Both the position numbers and the translations under genes were made by a program. The notes under the pieces are model-generated. The model did not search any database. It was not told the DNA's origin and saw nothing but the letters and a program-made list of their open reading frames with translations. Positions 13,117 to 24,547 of a stretch of 39,456 nucleotides of DNA are shown one piece after another. How positions within the stretch are numbered: the first letter of the stretch is position 1; each line of letters starts with the position of its first letter. Source of the DNA: Tubulanus polymorphus (Eukaryota; Animalia; Nemertea); the NCBI RefSeq assembly GCF_964204645.1, contig NW_027437487.1:1-39456 (forward strand), written 5' to 3'.

Positions 13117-13415
13117 AAAGAAAAACGAGTCAGAAAAGGTTTCCTTTCGTTAATGAGTTATTTTTACTTCCTCCACATATCTAATTTACAATTCATCTTC
13201 AGGAATACTAGGAAATAGACTTAACAAATCTGACGATGACTTTTAGGATAAATTCGAAATAATTCCACGTTTCGACTTTATCATAACAATAATTTTCCAG
13301 GAATAACTACTAGTTGTCACAGTTGTAACTTCAGTATCCCTGAAGTTGACTTAGTCAAAAAATCAAAAATAAATCATTAACGAAAGGAAACATTTTCTGG
13401 ACACGTTTTTTCTTT
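13117..13415. mobile_element. Degenerate fold-back element with hammerhead-like motifs (family A)
   Basis: Inverted arms at about 13117-13210 and 13330-13415 share GTTTCCTTTCGTTAATGA and CTTCAGG.ATACT. Internal CTGACGA-T-GAC...TTC-GAAA at 13230-13259 (+), and a GTCGAAACGT motif on the minus strand at 13267-13276. Confidence 0.6.
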
Positions 13416-15979
13416 CTGTTTTCGGAAAGTGTGTTATTAACGATTTCGAACCCCGCACAGACACAACGGGATTCAGTTTCTATTTTCTTATTTAATGTCC
13501 GGGATTATGTTCCTCAGCAGTGCAGCCACATTCACATTGTCACCTGCCTTAAAAACGCTTTGAATCTTACGACGATAAAACTGACTGCTTTATCTAAACT
13601 GAGGTTGAACTTAAGACGATAAAGACCATTTGACAAAACCACCTGCTCCGACGTGCTCGTCGTATCAACTTCAATTTCGTGTTTAGATTGTTCTTGGTTT
13701 CATATGGACATTTTCAATTCTCAGCTCCACACAATTCAATTATGAGACGGAATTGTTTTTACATAAACCGGATATAAGACGTGCGGATAAGCGACCTTGG
13801 CTGTGATATCAAGAAAGGTTAAGGTCTCTACACATTTCGTTTGCCCACAGGTTATTGATAACGCTTTGATGTTTCACTATGCACTGCATCCGTTTTCTAA
13901 CATATCCCAGTTTCCCGCATTCAGCTTTACATCCGTCGACCATTATAATCGAAAATGGTTTTTTTATCAGGTAAAATTTGCTCGCACAGAAAAAATCGCT
14001 CGAAGCAAAAATTGATGTTACGATGGATAAAATGAGAAATGACTCTTTGACTTGTTACAAATCACGACACTTTTCCTTATAGATAGTTCATAGTCTTAAT
14101 CTGAGGCTTTTGGGTTATAAGTTATCTTCGAATTTCGCCTTCTATCAGCGTAATATATACAATATTTTGTCCGTAAAATCTTATAGTCTTATGTATCTAT
14201 ATATAGGTATTGCACGTGGTGTCATGGTTTGTTTGCTGTCATTGTCGGAGACTTGTCGTACATAACCACAAAACATAATCAGGGATTTACAAACTTCAGG
14301 GTCTGTTATGCGTGTATTGTCTTTGTTACCACAATGGCGTCGTCGTGTGGACAAAGCGTATGCCTGCACAGAGGATATTCCTACATCAAATAAAAATTAA
14401 CTTGTAATTATTCAAGTAGACTATAGAACGATGTGTTTGCTTTAGTCGAGTCTAACGATTCAACTCAACGTAATAATTTCGAAGAAATTAATCATTATGG
14501 AAATAACTTTTGAGAACATGTTTTACTGTAAGAAACTTCACGTTGTCTCGTAAAGCGAGTTAGGTAAATACAGAGGAACGACTGAGAAATCAATTAAAAA
14601 CGATTCCAATTTACATTTCTAAGCGGAGCGACGTTTTCTGTCGCGTTTACGAAATGTTTGTCAATGTGTTCCTCGAGAGGTGTGTGCCTCGTTCGTGAGA
14701 CAATGACGTATTGTGTTTTGTCGTGGGTAAAAACTAACGCCGGGGAAACTCTGAAGAGAGACTGAAAAAATAATCGAATTGAGATTCGATTATGAAACGT
14801 AGATACGCGTTTTGCCCTGAGGCGTAGAATGACGCTTTTTAGTCTCGAATTGTAGTTCGAGAAATGAGACGAATATCGATTATTGAATCTGGCAAATTGA
14901 AAGACTAACAACAAACGCTTTTATCATTAGGCCTATAAAAGGTATGCCCAGTCCTGTAAGTGGTTGTATCCACAGTGATCTTAGTCGATCCTAGTGTACC
15001 CATCTGTGCTACATCAAACACTAACGAGGAAAAACAATCCTAAAATGTTTCTTTATCCGGCGTTTCGATGCTTTCTACTTGGTTGCTAACGCTCAGCGGT
15101 CATTAGACCGCATAGCTCGTGTCTTCTATTTTTTTTTAATTTCCCGATTTTTCGATATGCAAATAAACTGAATTGAATTTAATGAATCGATACGGCGGAA
15201 TAACGCGAACGGGACAGCTCCGGCAAATCACAATTTGACGCGAATATCTGGTAGAAATAAAGACAAACAAATGCGCAGCACGGCTCACAAATTTGTTCGG
15301 CGATGTTCGCGTGTCTGATGAACAGACAGGTTTACATTGAGAGGCAGAAAAGAGTCTTGATCGCGGAGAATTGAATCTGTCGGAATCAGTCACAGAAATA
15401 ACCGATCTCAGCGGATTCCGTATGCAAACATATCGTATATCTATTGATTATCCGTCCGACAATGACTCGAATATCATGACATAACCGTCTTGATTTGTTG
15501 TCTTCTCCGTGAAGGGTAATTTCTGATTTTCTGTTCAGGTTCATCGTATCGTCGTGATCGGATTTTCTTTCGGATTTTTTTTTTGTATCCGTTCGATGTA
15601 ATAAAGACCGCCGGCGATCGAAGCGCATAGATTCAAAATCAATTTACGTGGTCTCGAAGGCGATCGATCGATCGTACCCAGTACCCGCACACAAACACAG
15701 TGCTCACCGCTGTCGCCGCATTAGATCAATCGGATCATCCTTTCAATATCGAACATTTACCCGAAATAAAATTACGATGAATACTTCGAGTATTTCTTTT
15801 GCATCAGATTTGCGTACATCATTCAAAGGCCGTAACTTATATCCCAAACGGATCAGTCATGCGATATTCGAAGCACGTGCTGTCTTTAAAGGGCAACACG
15901 TTTTACGCGTAATGAAAGATCATTTAATCCTTTACTGTGATATTTCAGCTTTGTAGGTAACGATATGCAATCTGAATAA

Positions 15980-16090
15980 CCGTACCCCTCTCCCCCTCAA
16001 CCCTGTACCCCTCTCAAACTGGACCCTGTACTCCTCTCAGCCTAGAGCCTGCGACCTTCAGCATGGACCCTGCACCCACCCAGCCTCGAT
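15980..16090. repeat. Degenerate tandem repeat of about 21 bp
   Basis: ACCCTGTACCCCTCTCA-like unit recurring about 5 times. Confidence 0.6.
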
Positions 16091-16649
16091 ATCTCTTCGA
16101 ACACCAGGTTATTGTACATTTTATAATCAAACTTAAAAGATTGATTGTCCACGTTTCACATGTGTTCAGTACTTCACATGGGTGTGTTCGGTACTTATTT
16201 CTTATCAAAAATTTTTAATCGAAAATGAACTACAGACCTCAGACAATAGATATTTGTTCTGCGCACTTTCGAGACACGATCGTCTAGATTTTGCGCGTTG
16301 AATCATGGTAAATACGTTGGGTGGTTAAGCCACAGATTTGACACCCGCTAAGTTTTGTTGATGTTGGAAATGCGTGGGAAACTCGAAGTTAACAACAACC
16401 AACCCACGGGTTTTCAAAGTTTCGACGAACTTTTCTCAAAAGTATAAACGAAAAGGTTAGATTTACGTAATATGCTTACAAGTAACCTAAAGCTGTAGGC
16501 TGGGGTTATCAGCTAGAACCTCCGGGATCCTACTGAACCCCTAGACTTAGCGATTATACGCCGTTTGTGTTAACCCCGAGGGGAATGTGTTCTGAAGTAA
16601 TCGGTAAATTACCTGGATTTGCACCGAGATTATCGAAAAATACCAAACA

Positions 16650-16830
16650 ACACCATCGCCACCACTGCCAACGCCACCGCCACCACCACCACCACCACCA
16701 CCGCCACCGCTCACCACACCGCTACCGCCAACGCCACCACCACCACTCACCACCACCGCCACCAGCACCACCACCACCACCGCCACTGTTCACCACACCG
16801 CACCGCCACCGCCACCACCACCACCACCAG
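16650..16830. repeat. Imperfect (CAC/CGC)n microsatellite
   Basis: Direct reading. Confidence 0.95.
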
Positions 16831-17317
16831 CAGATACATATGCTTCAAAACTGGAGAAGCGACAATAGTCGGTGTTAATTTCATCAAAATTTTAATTGAT
16901 CAATCTCTGTTTTTCAAAAAAAAAAAAATTCTGATCCAATCTTGGCGAGGCAATAAGGTACGAACAATGTAGCTGTTGTTCTAATTACACAGTTCTGTTG
17001 CGCGCAGATGAGATCCGCGTAAAAGAGGAGATGAAACCTGTGATTTTGATACTAACCGAAATTCACAGTTGTATCGTTAGCCTGCGTGAAACCGGCTGAG
17101 CGACTCGCCACATAAATCAAATTCACGTGTGAAGTTTGTTAAAGGATTCGTCGAACGAAAATTTCCCGATGGAATTTTAAAACAATGAATATATTAAAAC
17201 AGCTATTGCATCAATCATAAAATATGAACAGCCCAAATAGATGAATAGTCTGTTATAATCGCGTTCGACACACTTTCGCTGGTAATATATAGTCGGTGTT
17301 AGTTTAGCGCGCACCAG

Positions 17318-17434
17318 GGGCCAGTTGCGCAGTCGCGACTGATGCCCAAAAGTGGTCTTAAATCTTAAGACTGGTCTTAAGTTGTTAGATTGGCTATACA
17401 ACTAAGTTCGTCTTAGACTTAAGTCTTAAGTCTA
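17318..17434. mobile_element. MITE family 2 copy, inverted and truncated
   Basis: GGGCCAGTTGCGCAGTCGCGACT...AAATCTTAAGACTGGTCTTAAGTTGTTAGATTGGCTAT is the reverse complement of the 33393-33530 element. It is preceded by CAG. Confidence 0.85.
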
Positions 17435-18830
17435 GGCATTGATTATGGACCAATTTAGACCGAACCAAATCAATGCTTACCGTTCATATACATGTTTTAA
17501 ATCAGCTGTCGTCACTGGTCCAGTTACAGAGACGCAAAGCCGTTACCATTTACGCACAGACAGTCTGGAACGGACCAATTTAAAATGGACTTTTCGCTTG
17601 TGGGAACGCTTGGTCCGTTCTAAATTAGAACTTAATCTAAAGGGTTCTAATTAGCGCAGTGTGAACGTGGCTAAGTATCTATTTCACAAAGGCGTTTCCT
17701 TTCGATAAATACTTTAAGTGTATCGGTTTTCCTTTGAAATCGACTTGAAATTCAAGCTCTCGGATATCAATAATTTCCGGGCCTCGCGGCGATTCGCTTC
17801 CTGTCGTTCGGGAAATGGTAAATTTGAATATTTAATGAAATTAATTATTCGGAAATTTAGCCGTAATTTTACGTATAACAGGAAGCATCTGTACGACGAA
17901 GAACCGTGAAGTACACGCGCACTCCAGTTCCATATAGAATATGTGTATGTATGATTAGAAGGTGTAGGCATTGATACGTATACCTGGTCTCAGTTCGTGC
18001 GATTGAGCAATAAATAGCCTATTAATTACTTATATCTTCAGGTTTCTGCCAAGATTAATAATACTCGCTTGCCGCAGTAGGAGGATACGTCGATTTTAAA
18101 GGTTACAATTAGCATTTACTTGATTGTGTGTGTACGTATTTACAGCAGGCCGGGGACTGCCGGATGAACCGCAACCGGTATCTACAGGTTCAAGATGCAT
18201 CGCTTCTCCTATCGGGCGGTTCGCTTTTGTAAACTGCGATAAAAATTGTTATCAGTTCATTTCTATAACTGCCGGGTCTGAGGCTAGCGTACGGTGGTCA
18301 TAGGCGGCCGGTCGGGTCAAACACTATCACAATAAGTGGTCGTCTTCGCATGAGACACGATTAATTTATCATCCTATTATCCATATGATTGAATTGATGT
18401 TATACTGATTTTTGCATGTCTCTTACAAACCCACCACGCCTGCCACGATCGGTCAAAAGGGGGTTTGATTTTGAAATCGGAAATCAAAGAACAGATATTT
18501 GTGTGTGATCGGCGGTGTTGAATTCACATTTTCTTTTTCCACATCGAAATAGGCAAAAAATACGTAATTAGAAATTTCGGTTCGCTATTGAAATTTTAAA
18601 TCTAAATAGAGAGTAATGCAATAATTTTCTTTTCGAGTTTTTCGTCTCGATTCCTCCGCAGTAAATAACACCGCAGCCCGCAGCCACAGAATACGATATC
18701 CTTATAGATCAATTGAGAATCGTTGCCGATTTGATTACAAACGAAAACATAGTAAACATAGCCCGAAGGACGAGTTGGAAATGACTACCGCATTTACAAA
18801 CACGGATATACATATTATACACATATATAA

Positions 18831-19160
18831 TTAATCCTCTTCATCCCTAGTAGATATAACCCACAATAAAAAGAAAAAACTATCTTGTAGCTTAACGTTT
18901 CAACTCAATTCTATGAGCCATTTTCAAAAACTGTTTTTGAAAATGGCTCATAGAATTGAGTTGAAATGTTAAGCTACAAGATAGTTTTTTCTTTTTATTG
19001 TGGGTTTTATCTACTATTGATATTGGACAGCCACTTGTCTATGGAAACCAACTCTTCATCCCTTCTGGCACATAAGGCCGTGACAAACTTCATTTACTTG
19101 GACCGGTCCTTAACTGTGTGTTGAGCCTGGTCCCAGATAAGACAGCTCCATCACCACCAC
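18831..19160 (-). mobile_element. RTE-clade non-LTR retrotransposon 3' end remnant, interrupted by the palindromic insertion
   Basis: With the insert and one TSD copy removed, the minus strand reads LIWDQAQHTVKDRSK*MKFVTALCARRDEED*. This matches the RTE ORF C-terminal pattern W..AQ..A.DR..W...V.ALC....EE. One in-frame stop replaces the conserved W. Confidence 0.8.
18849..19051. mobile_element. Palindromic hammerhead-bearing non-autonomous insertion (Penelope-like-element-derived), 12-bp TSD
   Basis: Inverted arms 18848-18931 and 18933-19016 (84 bp, 2 mismatches, 1-nt spacer), then a unique tail ending TTGTCTATGGAAACCAA. CTCTTCATCCCT is directly repeated at 18837-18848 and 19052-19063. Each strand reads TTGAAAA-T-GGCTCA-tagaat-TGAGTT-GAAA-(C/T)GTT. 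Confidence 0.8.
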
Positions 19161-19242
19161 ACATAAATAAACAGACACCGGTTGACATGATAAATCCAAC
19201 ACTAAGAAAATATGAGTCTGAAAGAGTTTTCTCTGAGCTAGT

Positions 19243-19745
19243 GATATTTCGCCTATATCATAATAGCCATCTTCAGGAATACTGATGTTGTCTTCAATAT
19301 AACCATTAATGAAACATTCTGAGTCCATGTTGTTGTAAAGATAATATAAAATGCCTAAACACTAAAAATAAAAAGAGTTTGACATGTTTCGTTAAGCTAG
19401 TGTAGTTTAATCAACGTTTCGTCTGTACCCTAATAGTCATCTTCACAGATATAAAGCTCAAGGAAACATTTAGGACATTCCTTGAGCTAAGACCATGTTA
19501 TTGCTTCTAGGAACAACAACGACTAAATGTAAAATCCCATGCTAAGAATTATTTTCTTTAACTATTTTCTTTAACTTATAGTTAACGACAAAATGACGAG
19601 ATATCGATACAATCCAGAAGGGACTAATCAAGCAAAATTGTGTGATACAAACTAGGGATAATATACACCATAAAAGTAATTTCGAAACGTTGAAATAAGC
19701 CATGTATAATCAAAGAAACTTGACACCATTTTTTCCTTTTTAACG
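19243..19745. mobile_element. Cluster of family A hammerhead-like motifs with inverted arms
   Basis: Minus strand TCAGTATTC-CTGAAGA-T-GGCTA..TAGGC-GAAA at 19243-19285 and GTGAAGA-T-GACTA..CAGAC-GAAACGTT at 19412-19446. 19682-19740 is a diverged inverted copy of about 19365-19421. Another remnant lies at about 20366-20404. Confidence 0.55.
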
Positions 19746-20549
19746 TGGGTATAACCGTAACACGGACTCAAAATGTTTCATCAATGGTTACAATAGAACT
19801 GGTGGGTTATACGCTGCTCTTCTGTTGACAACAGACATACAACAAAAAACAACCAATTATTGACACGATGACATCTCACGGCAGCGCAGCGCACAACGCC
19901 GACTGTCGTATATCCGTATCGCTTTTTCATTTATATCGGTTAACGAGCAAATTTGGTGTCAGGAAATCTTATTTGTAGGGCACTCAACGATCATATACTT
20001 ATTACTAGTTGAAAACCGTCCACTTCAAAATACTGTGTATCATACGTATATACATAACACGTCCCTTAATGTCGAGCGTCGAAGAGTCGCATTCGTCGCG
20101 AGATAATTAACTTAATTTCTGATACGTGTTATAATTATAGTCGAGTACGTATTATATGCACTTTCTAGTGTGAAAACGTGGCGACGAAAAATGACAGTAC
20201 GAAATACGATTTGATGAAGTTATAATCCTTTTGAGACTCGACGCCGAGACGCTAGCCCGACAGCGACAGAGCCGATGATACGCTCACAGTGCGTGTTGCA
20301 ATACGTTACGAAATCCCACTCCGCCAAGAAGAAGTCTGAAATATTTCCTTGAGCTAATCATCTCATTCGATTCAACCCTAAAAAGTTATTTTCAGGAATA
20401 CTGATGTAACAACAACATTATGAGATTTCATACGATACAGAACGAACAGAATGATTTAGTAATGAGGTATTATAATCAACCGCTAGACTTGTCTGAAGGC
20501 GACCAGCACATAGATTCTCAAGTTATTATACCAGAGATAGGAGACTCCA

Positions 20550-20730
20550 CTTAAATCTTAATCCTCTTGTCTGATTCTTGTACAAATATTCTGTTATTTC
20601 ATTCTATTCTCACTACGCCTGATGATGACTAATAGTATTTTTAGCCGAAACGTTGCTCCAAATATATATATCATTTTACTATAGAACTATTCATTTCTTG
20701 GCTGAATTTATCGTGGGATTTCTCTCGTTT
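20550..20730 (+). mobile_element. Hammerhead-bearing short insertion (family B) with 12-bp TSD
   Basis: CTGATGA (20619-20625)-T-GACTAA-loop-TTAGCC-GAAA (20647-20650)-CGTTG. TAGGAGACTCCA occurs at 20538-20549 and 20731-20742. The 3' part is homologous to 2289-2372 (+) and about 31165-31246 (-). Confidence 0.7.
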
Positions 20731-20768
20731 TAGGAGACTCCATTTACCCCACAATACTAGACAAGTTT

Positions 20769-20833
20769 GGACCCAGTTCCACACGAGTTCGAGTTACCTG
20801 TGAGTTAACTCAGAACACTGTGGAACTAGGTCC
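20769..20833. mobile_element. Internally deleted MITE family 1 copy
   Basis: GGACCCAGTTCCACA...TGTGGAACTAGGTCC inverted ends, 65 bp in total. Confidence 0.75.
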
Positions 20834-21840
20834 TAAAGTTTCCATGCCCGAAACCGATGATTTTTTTTTTGTATATTCTTGTATATTATTTTAGTTTATT
20901 CAACATATATTTGTACATGATAAGATAGATAACTCAGTTATACATTACACAAACAGCATAAGCTTGAACCGTGCACTTAATGAAAGTAATTTGTACTGGC
21001 GGTGATTTTGATGATTCGAAAGTTATTTCAATTTGTACAAAAGTACTCGAATATTGTCAAACTCGATTTATTCAAGTTATTGTAGTATCGACGCCCGCGC
21101 TAACAAGTTGAAATAGACATTAACCCGATGGCGACTCAGACGCGACAAGGAGAAAATTAATTACAAACTGCGGAAAAATCCAGTAATAAGGTTATAACGG
21201 AGACAGATGCTACTGAAGGGATGTGATATCAGTTCGTCTTGTAAATGTAAATAGCATCAGATTGTTCCATAGCAACGAGTAATCAATAGATGTTTATACC
21301 GTTATTAGCATGATTCAGTATCAGATTAGACCGAGTCTTATATTGCATTGATTCAGTCCCGGAGCCGCCCTTTTAATACAACTCGTATCTAATCGTCTTA
21401 GTGGAAGTCATGTATGTAGATTGGACACAGTGACATTTTAGCGCCAACGTCGTTCTCGGACAAATAATCGAATGCTTCAAGATTTATTACTAGATTTTCG
21501 TATTCGAGTTTATGTTATTTGTCATTGTGAGATTAGTTTCGTCAACGGTTAAGAGTTAACTCATTCGAGATAATATTAGTTCATTTTCGATGGGTCCCAC
21601 GAGCCTGTGTCGTGAAAAGCTTTAAACGGCTGAATTTGAAAGGTTCAAAAAGTCGAGTTTCAACTCGAGTTAAAACTCAAATTTTTCTTTTAGTCGCTGT
21701 TTGTTGCTTTATTGTTTACAATGAGGACAGCAATTCAAACTTAACCGTTTTAAACTTTAGCTAGTTCATTGAACTGGATTCATAAACAGTTAAAAGTCGA
21801 TTATGAAGTAATTTTGACAAAGTGAGACTGAGTACTTGTC

Positions 21841-21854
21841 ACGCCATCTGGTGG
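21841..21854 (-). promoter_or_regulatory. Candidate CTCF-binding site
   Basis: Minus strand CCACCAGATGGCGT matches the bilaterian CTCF core CCASYAGRKGGCR. This is a motif match only. Confidence 0.4.
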
Positions 21855-21910
21855 AATAGCTGGTGTAACAGTTACCAATAGTAATTTTCCGTCCAGTAGT
21901 GTCTACTGTA

Positions 21911-21967
21911 GTAGGGATGCTGAAGTAGGGATGTCGGAGTAGGGATGTCGGAGTAGGGATGCTGGAG
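21911..21967. repeat. 14-bp tandem repeat, 4 copies
   Basis: GTAGGGATG(TCGGA/CTGAA/CTGGA) units. Confidence 0.9.
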
Positions 21968-22134
21968 AGCCTTTTACTCGAAACAGTCGGCCTGTATGAA
22001 AATCAATATGATTGTACTACGGGTTTGATGGTGACTTTTTTATTGATTTAAATCGGTGTGTTAAGTATCAATCTGCCAACAGTTAAACAGACAACTATGA
22101 TGCGATAATATGTCTGGTATCATCATATCATCCA

Positions 22135-22408
22135 CCGATCTTACTGCGGTAATCAGAGGAACCGCTAGGTGCGCTAGTGTAGATCCAATCTTACTGTGGT
22201 AATCAGAGGAACCGCTAGGTGCGCTAATGTAGATCCGATCTTACTGTGGTAATCGAGGAACCGCTAGGTGCGCTAGTGTAAATCAAATATTACTGTGGCA
22301 ATCGAGGAACCGCTAGGTGCGCTAGTATAGATCCGATCTTACTGTGGCAATCGAGGAACCGCTAGGTGCGCTAGTGTAGAGCCGTTCTTTCTCGTGGCAA
22401 TTGAGGAA
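22135..22408. repeat. 49/50-bp minisatellite, about 5.5 copies
   Basis: Unit CCGATCTTACTGTGGYAATC(A)GAGGAACCGCTAGGTGCGCTAGTGTAGAT at 22135, 22185, 22235, 22284 and 22333, with a partial copy at 22382. Confidence 0.95.
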
Positions 22409-22437
22409 GGCGTTGTATTCTAAATAATAATAAAATT

Positions 22438-22475
<38 letters not shown>

Positions 22476-24239
22476 CACTGAATTCTGAATCAATAGTCGT
22501 CGTGATACGTGTAGATTTTCTACTCTCACTTTGAAACACTCATTCCTAGAGATTGAACTTGAAATTGTCACTAATTAGAATTCACCCTCGATTACAGTTT
22601 ATTGCCCTTTATAAACTCAAGGTCGCGATTTTAAATAACTCACTACCGATCGCGCTAGCAACATTCTACGTCATCAACTCGAGAAAAAAGAGCATAATAT
22701 GACGAATTTGAATCATTTTATAAACGAAACCAGAATTATGAGTCGCGCCATCACCTGACGTATGACGATCACCATGAAAGGCATAGCGAGCAGTCTGTGA
22801 ACGCCATAAGTCAACAGTTTGATCGGGTTACACTCCACTAATTCGCTGCGTTGGGCCTCAATATTCCGAGTCAATTTACCCAATAATTGGATCGCTTTCA
22901 GCGTCGTGACGCGTTCGTCACCGTAGGCCTCATATCCGAGCGAGGTTTTCGCGTTCGACGACATTCGCGTAATGTGGAGACGATCGGTTGATGAACTCAG
23001 CGGCGGTCGCTGCTGCTGAAACAAATCACGGATTAGATTTATCCGATGCAAACTAACAAAAATTAGATTCGATTGAAGTAAAGATTGATTCCTTCAGCTC
23101 CAATAACGCCTTCCTAGAAGAAACTTATGTTTTATATCGCGAATGAGTGTGTCATATAGCGTGTAGTTTGTACATCTAGACGCGCAGAATAGTGAAATCA
23201 TTAACCACTATATACTCATTGAATAGATTAAAAACGAAATTGATTTATCCCAAGCCCGTACACTCTCAGTTGGAGAATAGATTGAAAAATCCACTATCAT
23301 TTAAAAGATTAGAACCAAGAATTTAAAGTAATCGAGAATTGAAATCTAAATCTAAAAAACACGACGTTTCGACGGGTGGAAATCTTTTCGTGTAGAGTGC
23401 GTTATGGGTTATAACATAAAAACAACCCACTAAATTCAAGAGATTTTGAAACGAAATTTATTTACCAAAAATGAAAATCAGAAGGCGTTTCATGCTCCAG
23501 ATACCATCGTCAGTTGCGATGAAACGTAAGTATGGGCTTAGGGTAAAGTGCTCTTACTCATTTTCGGAGATTAATTTGAAACATCTCGAATCCGAAGATG
23601 GAAAGAAATATCTATCTAAATTGTCACAGAGCTTTGGTTGTTAATCGTTAATATCGTGAGTTCGTTAAACTGCGACTAATCTTAATTTATCTTCTCAGAA
23701 CATGTTCATCGCGATAGCCAAAAAAGGGACTCGGAGATTTATTTTAGTTATATTTGCGGGATTTTTATATACAACACGACTGCAATAAATCTCAATAAAT
23801 TTTGAAGATACGAAACATTCAAATCGACACAACCATCAAATCGCCTTCAGTTCTAACAGTATCTCCTTGGCCCGGTTACACATCATGACGTAGGTCTTAA
23901 ATCTCCAAACTGATGTTAGTTGTTAGATTAACTATAGTATTAAGTTAGTCTTGAATCTAAGCCATGACTATGCAACTTTTGCATATGCCTAATATTCGTG
24001 ATACATGGAAGGTTTAAGCCAGTTGGTTCGATTTACGACCCGCAATGTCTCGTGTGCTGCGGAACGGATGAAATTCAACCCTATCGATTCAATCGTCTCC
24101 CAACTCCCATAAACGAAGCTATTCCAGTCGATTTATTGGGCGTAAATTCTAAATCAAATATTAAGATAATCGCCGATAAGGATGCTTAATCAGTTAGAAT
24201 TGCCGGGAAGACATTCGCCCATCAGATGAGCTCGTGTCT

Positions 24240-24547
24240 TAATGGTTGACTTCAGTCATGGTTGATACCAGGATAATGAGTTAAATCATATTGACCCCCT
24301 CCACGACCTTGCTGAATCCAAAGCCAGTGTTGTCACATGGCTCAGCAGTCACTGAGTCAAAAATTCTCGGTAACAGAAACGTCATGATATTCATAAATTT
24401 CAAGATTGCATTCAGAAAAATTAATCCCATTTCAATATGATATACAGCCATAGACCCTTCTCGAAAAATGCGGATTCGAACCAGCAACCTTTTGATCGTC
24501 ACGGCTAGCAACATGTAGACGGTTTACCACAAGGCTAAACTGCCGAC
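24240..24547 (-). mobile_element. tRNA-derived SINE, second family; 3' boundary uncertain
   Basis: Minus strand A-box TAGCCTTGTGG (24537-24527) and B-box GGTTCGAATCC (24482-24472). Confidence 0.55.
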
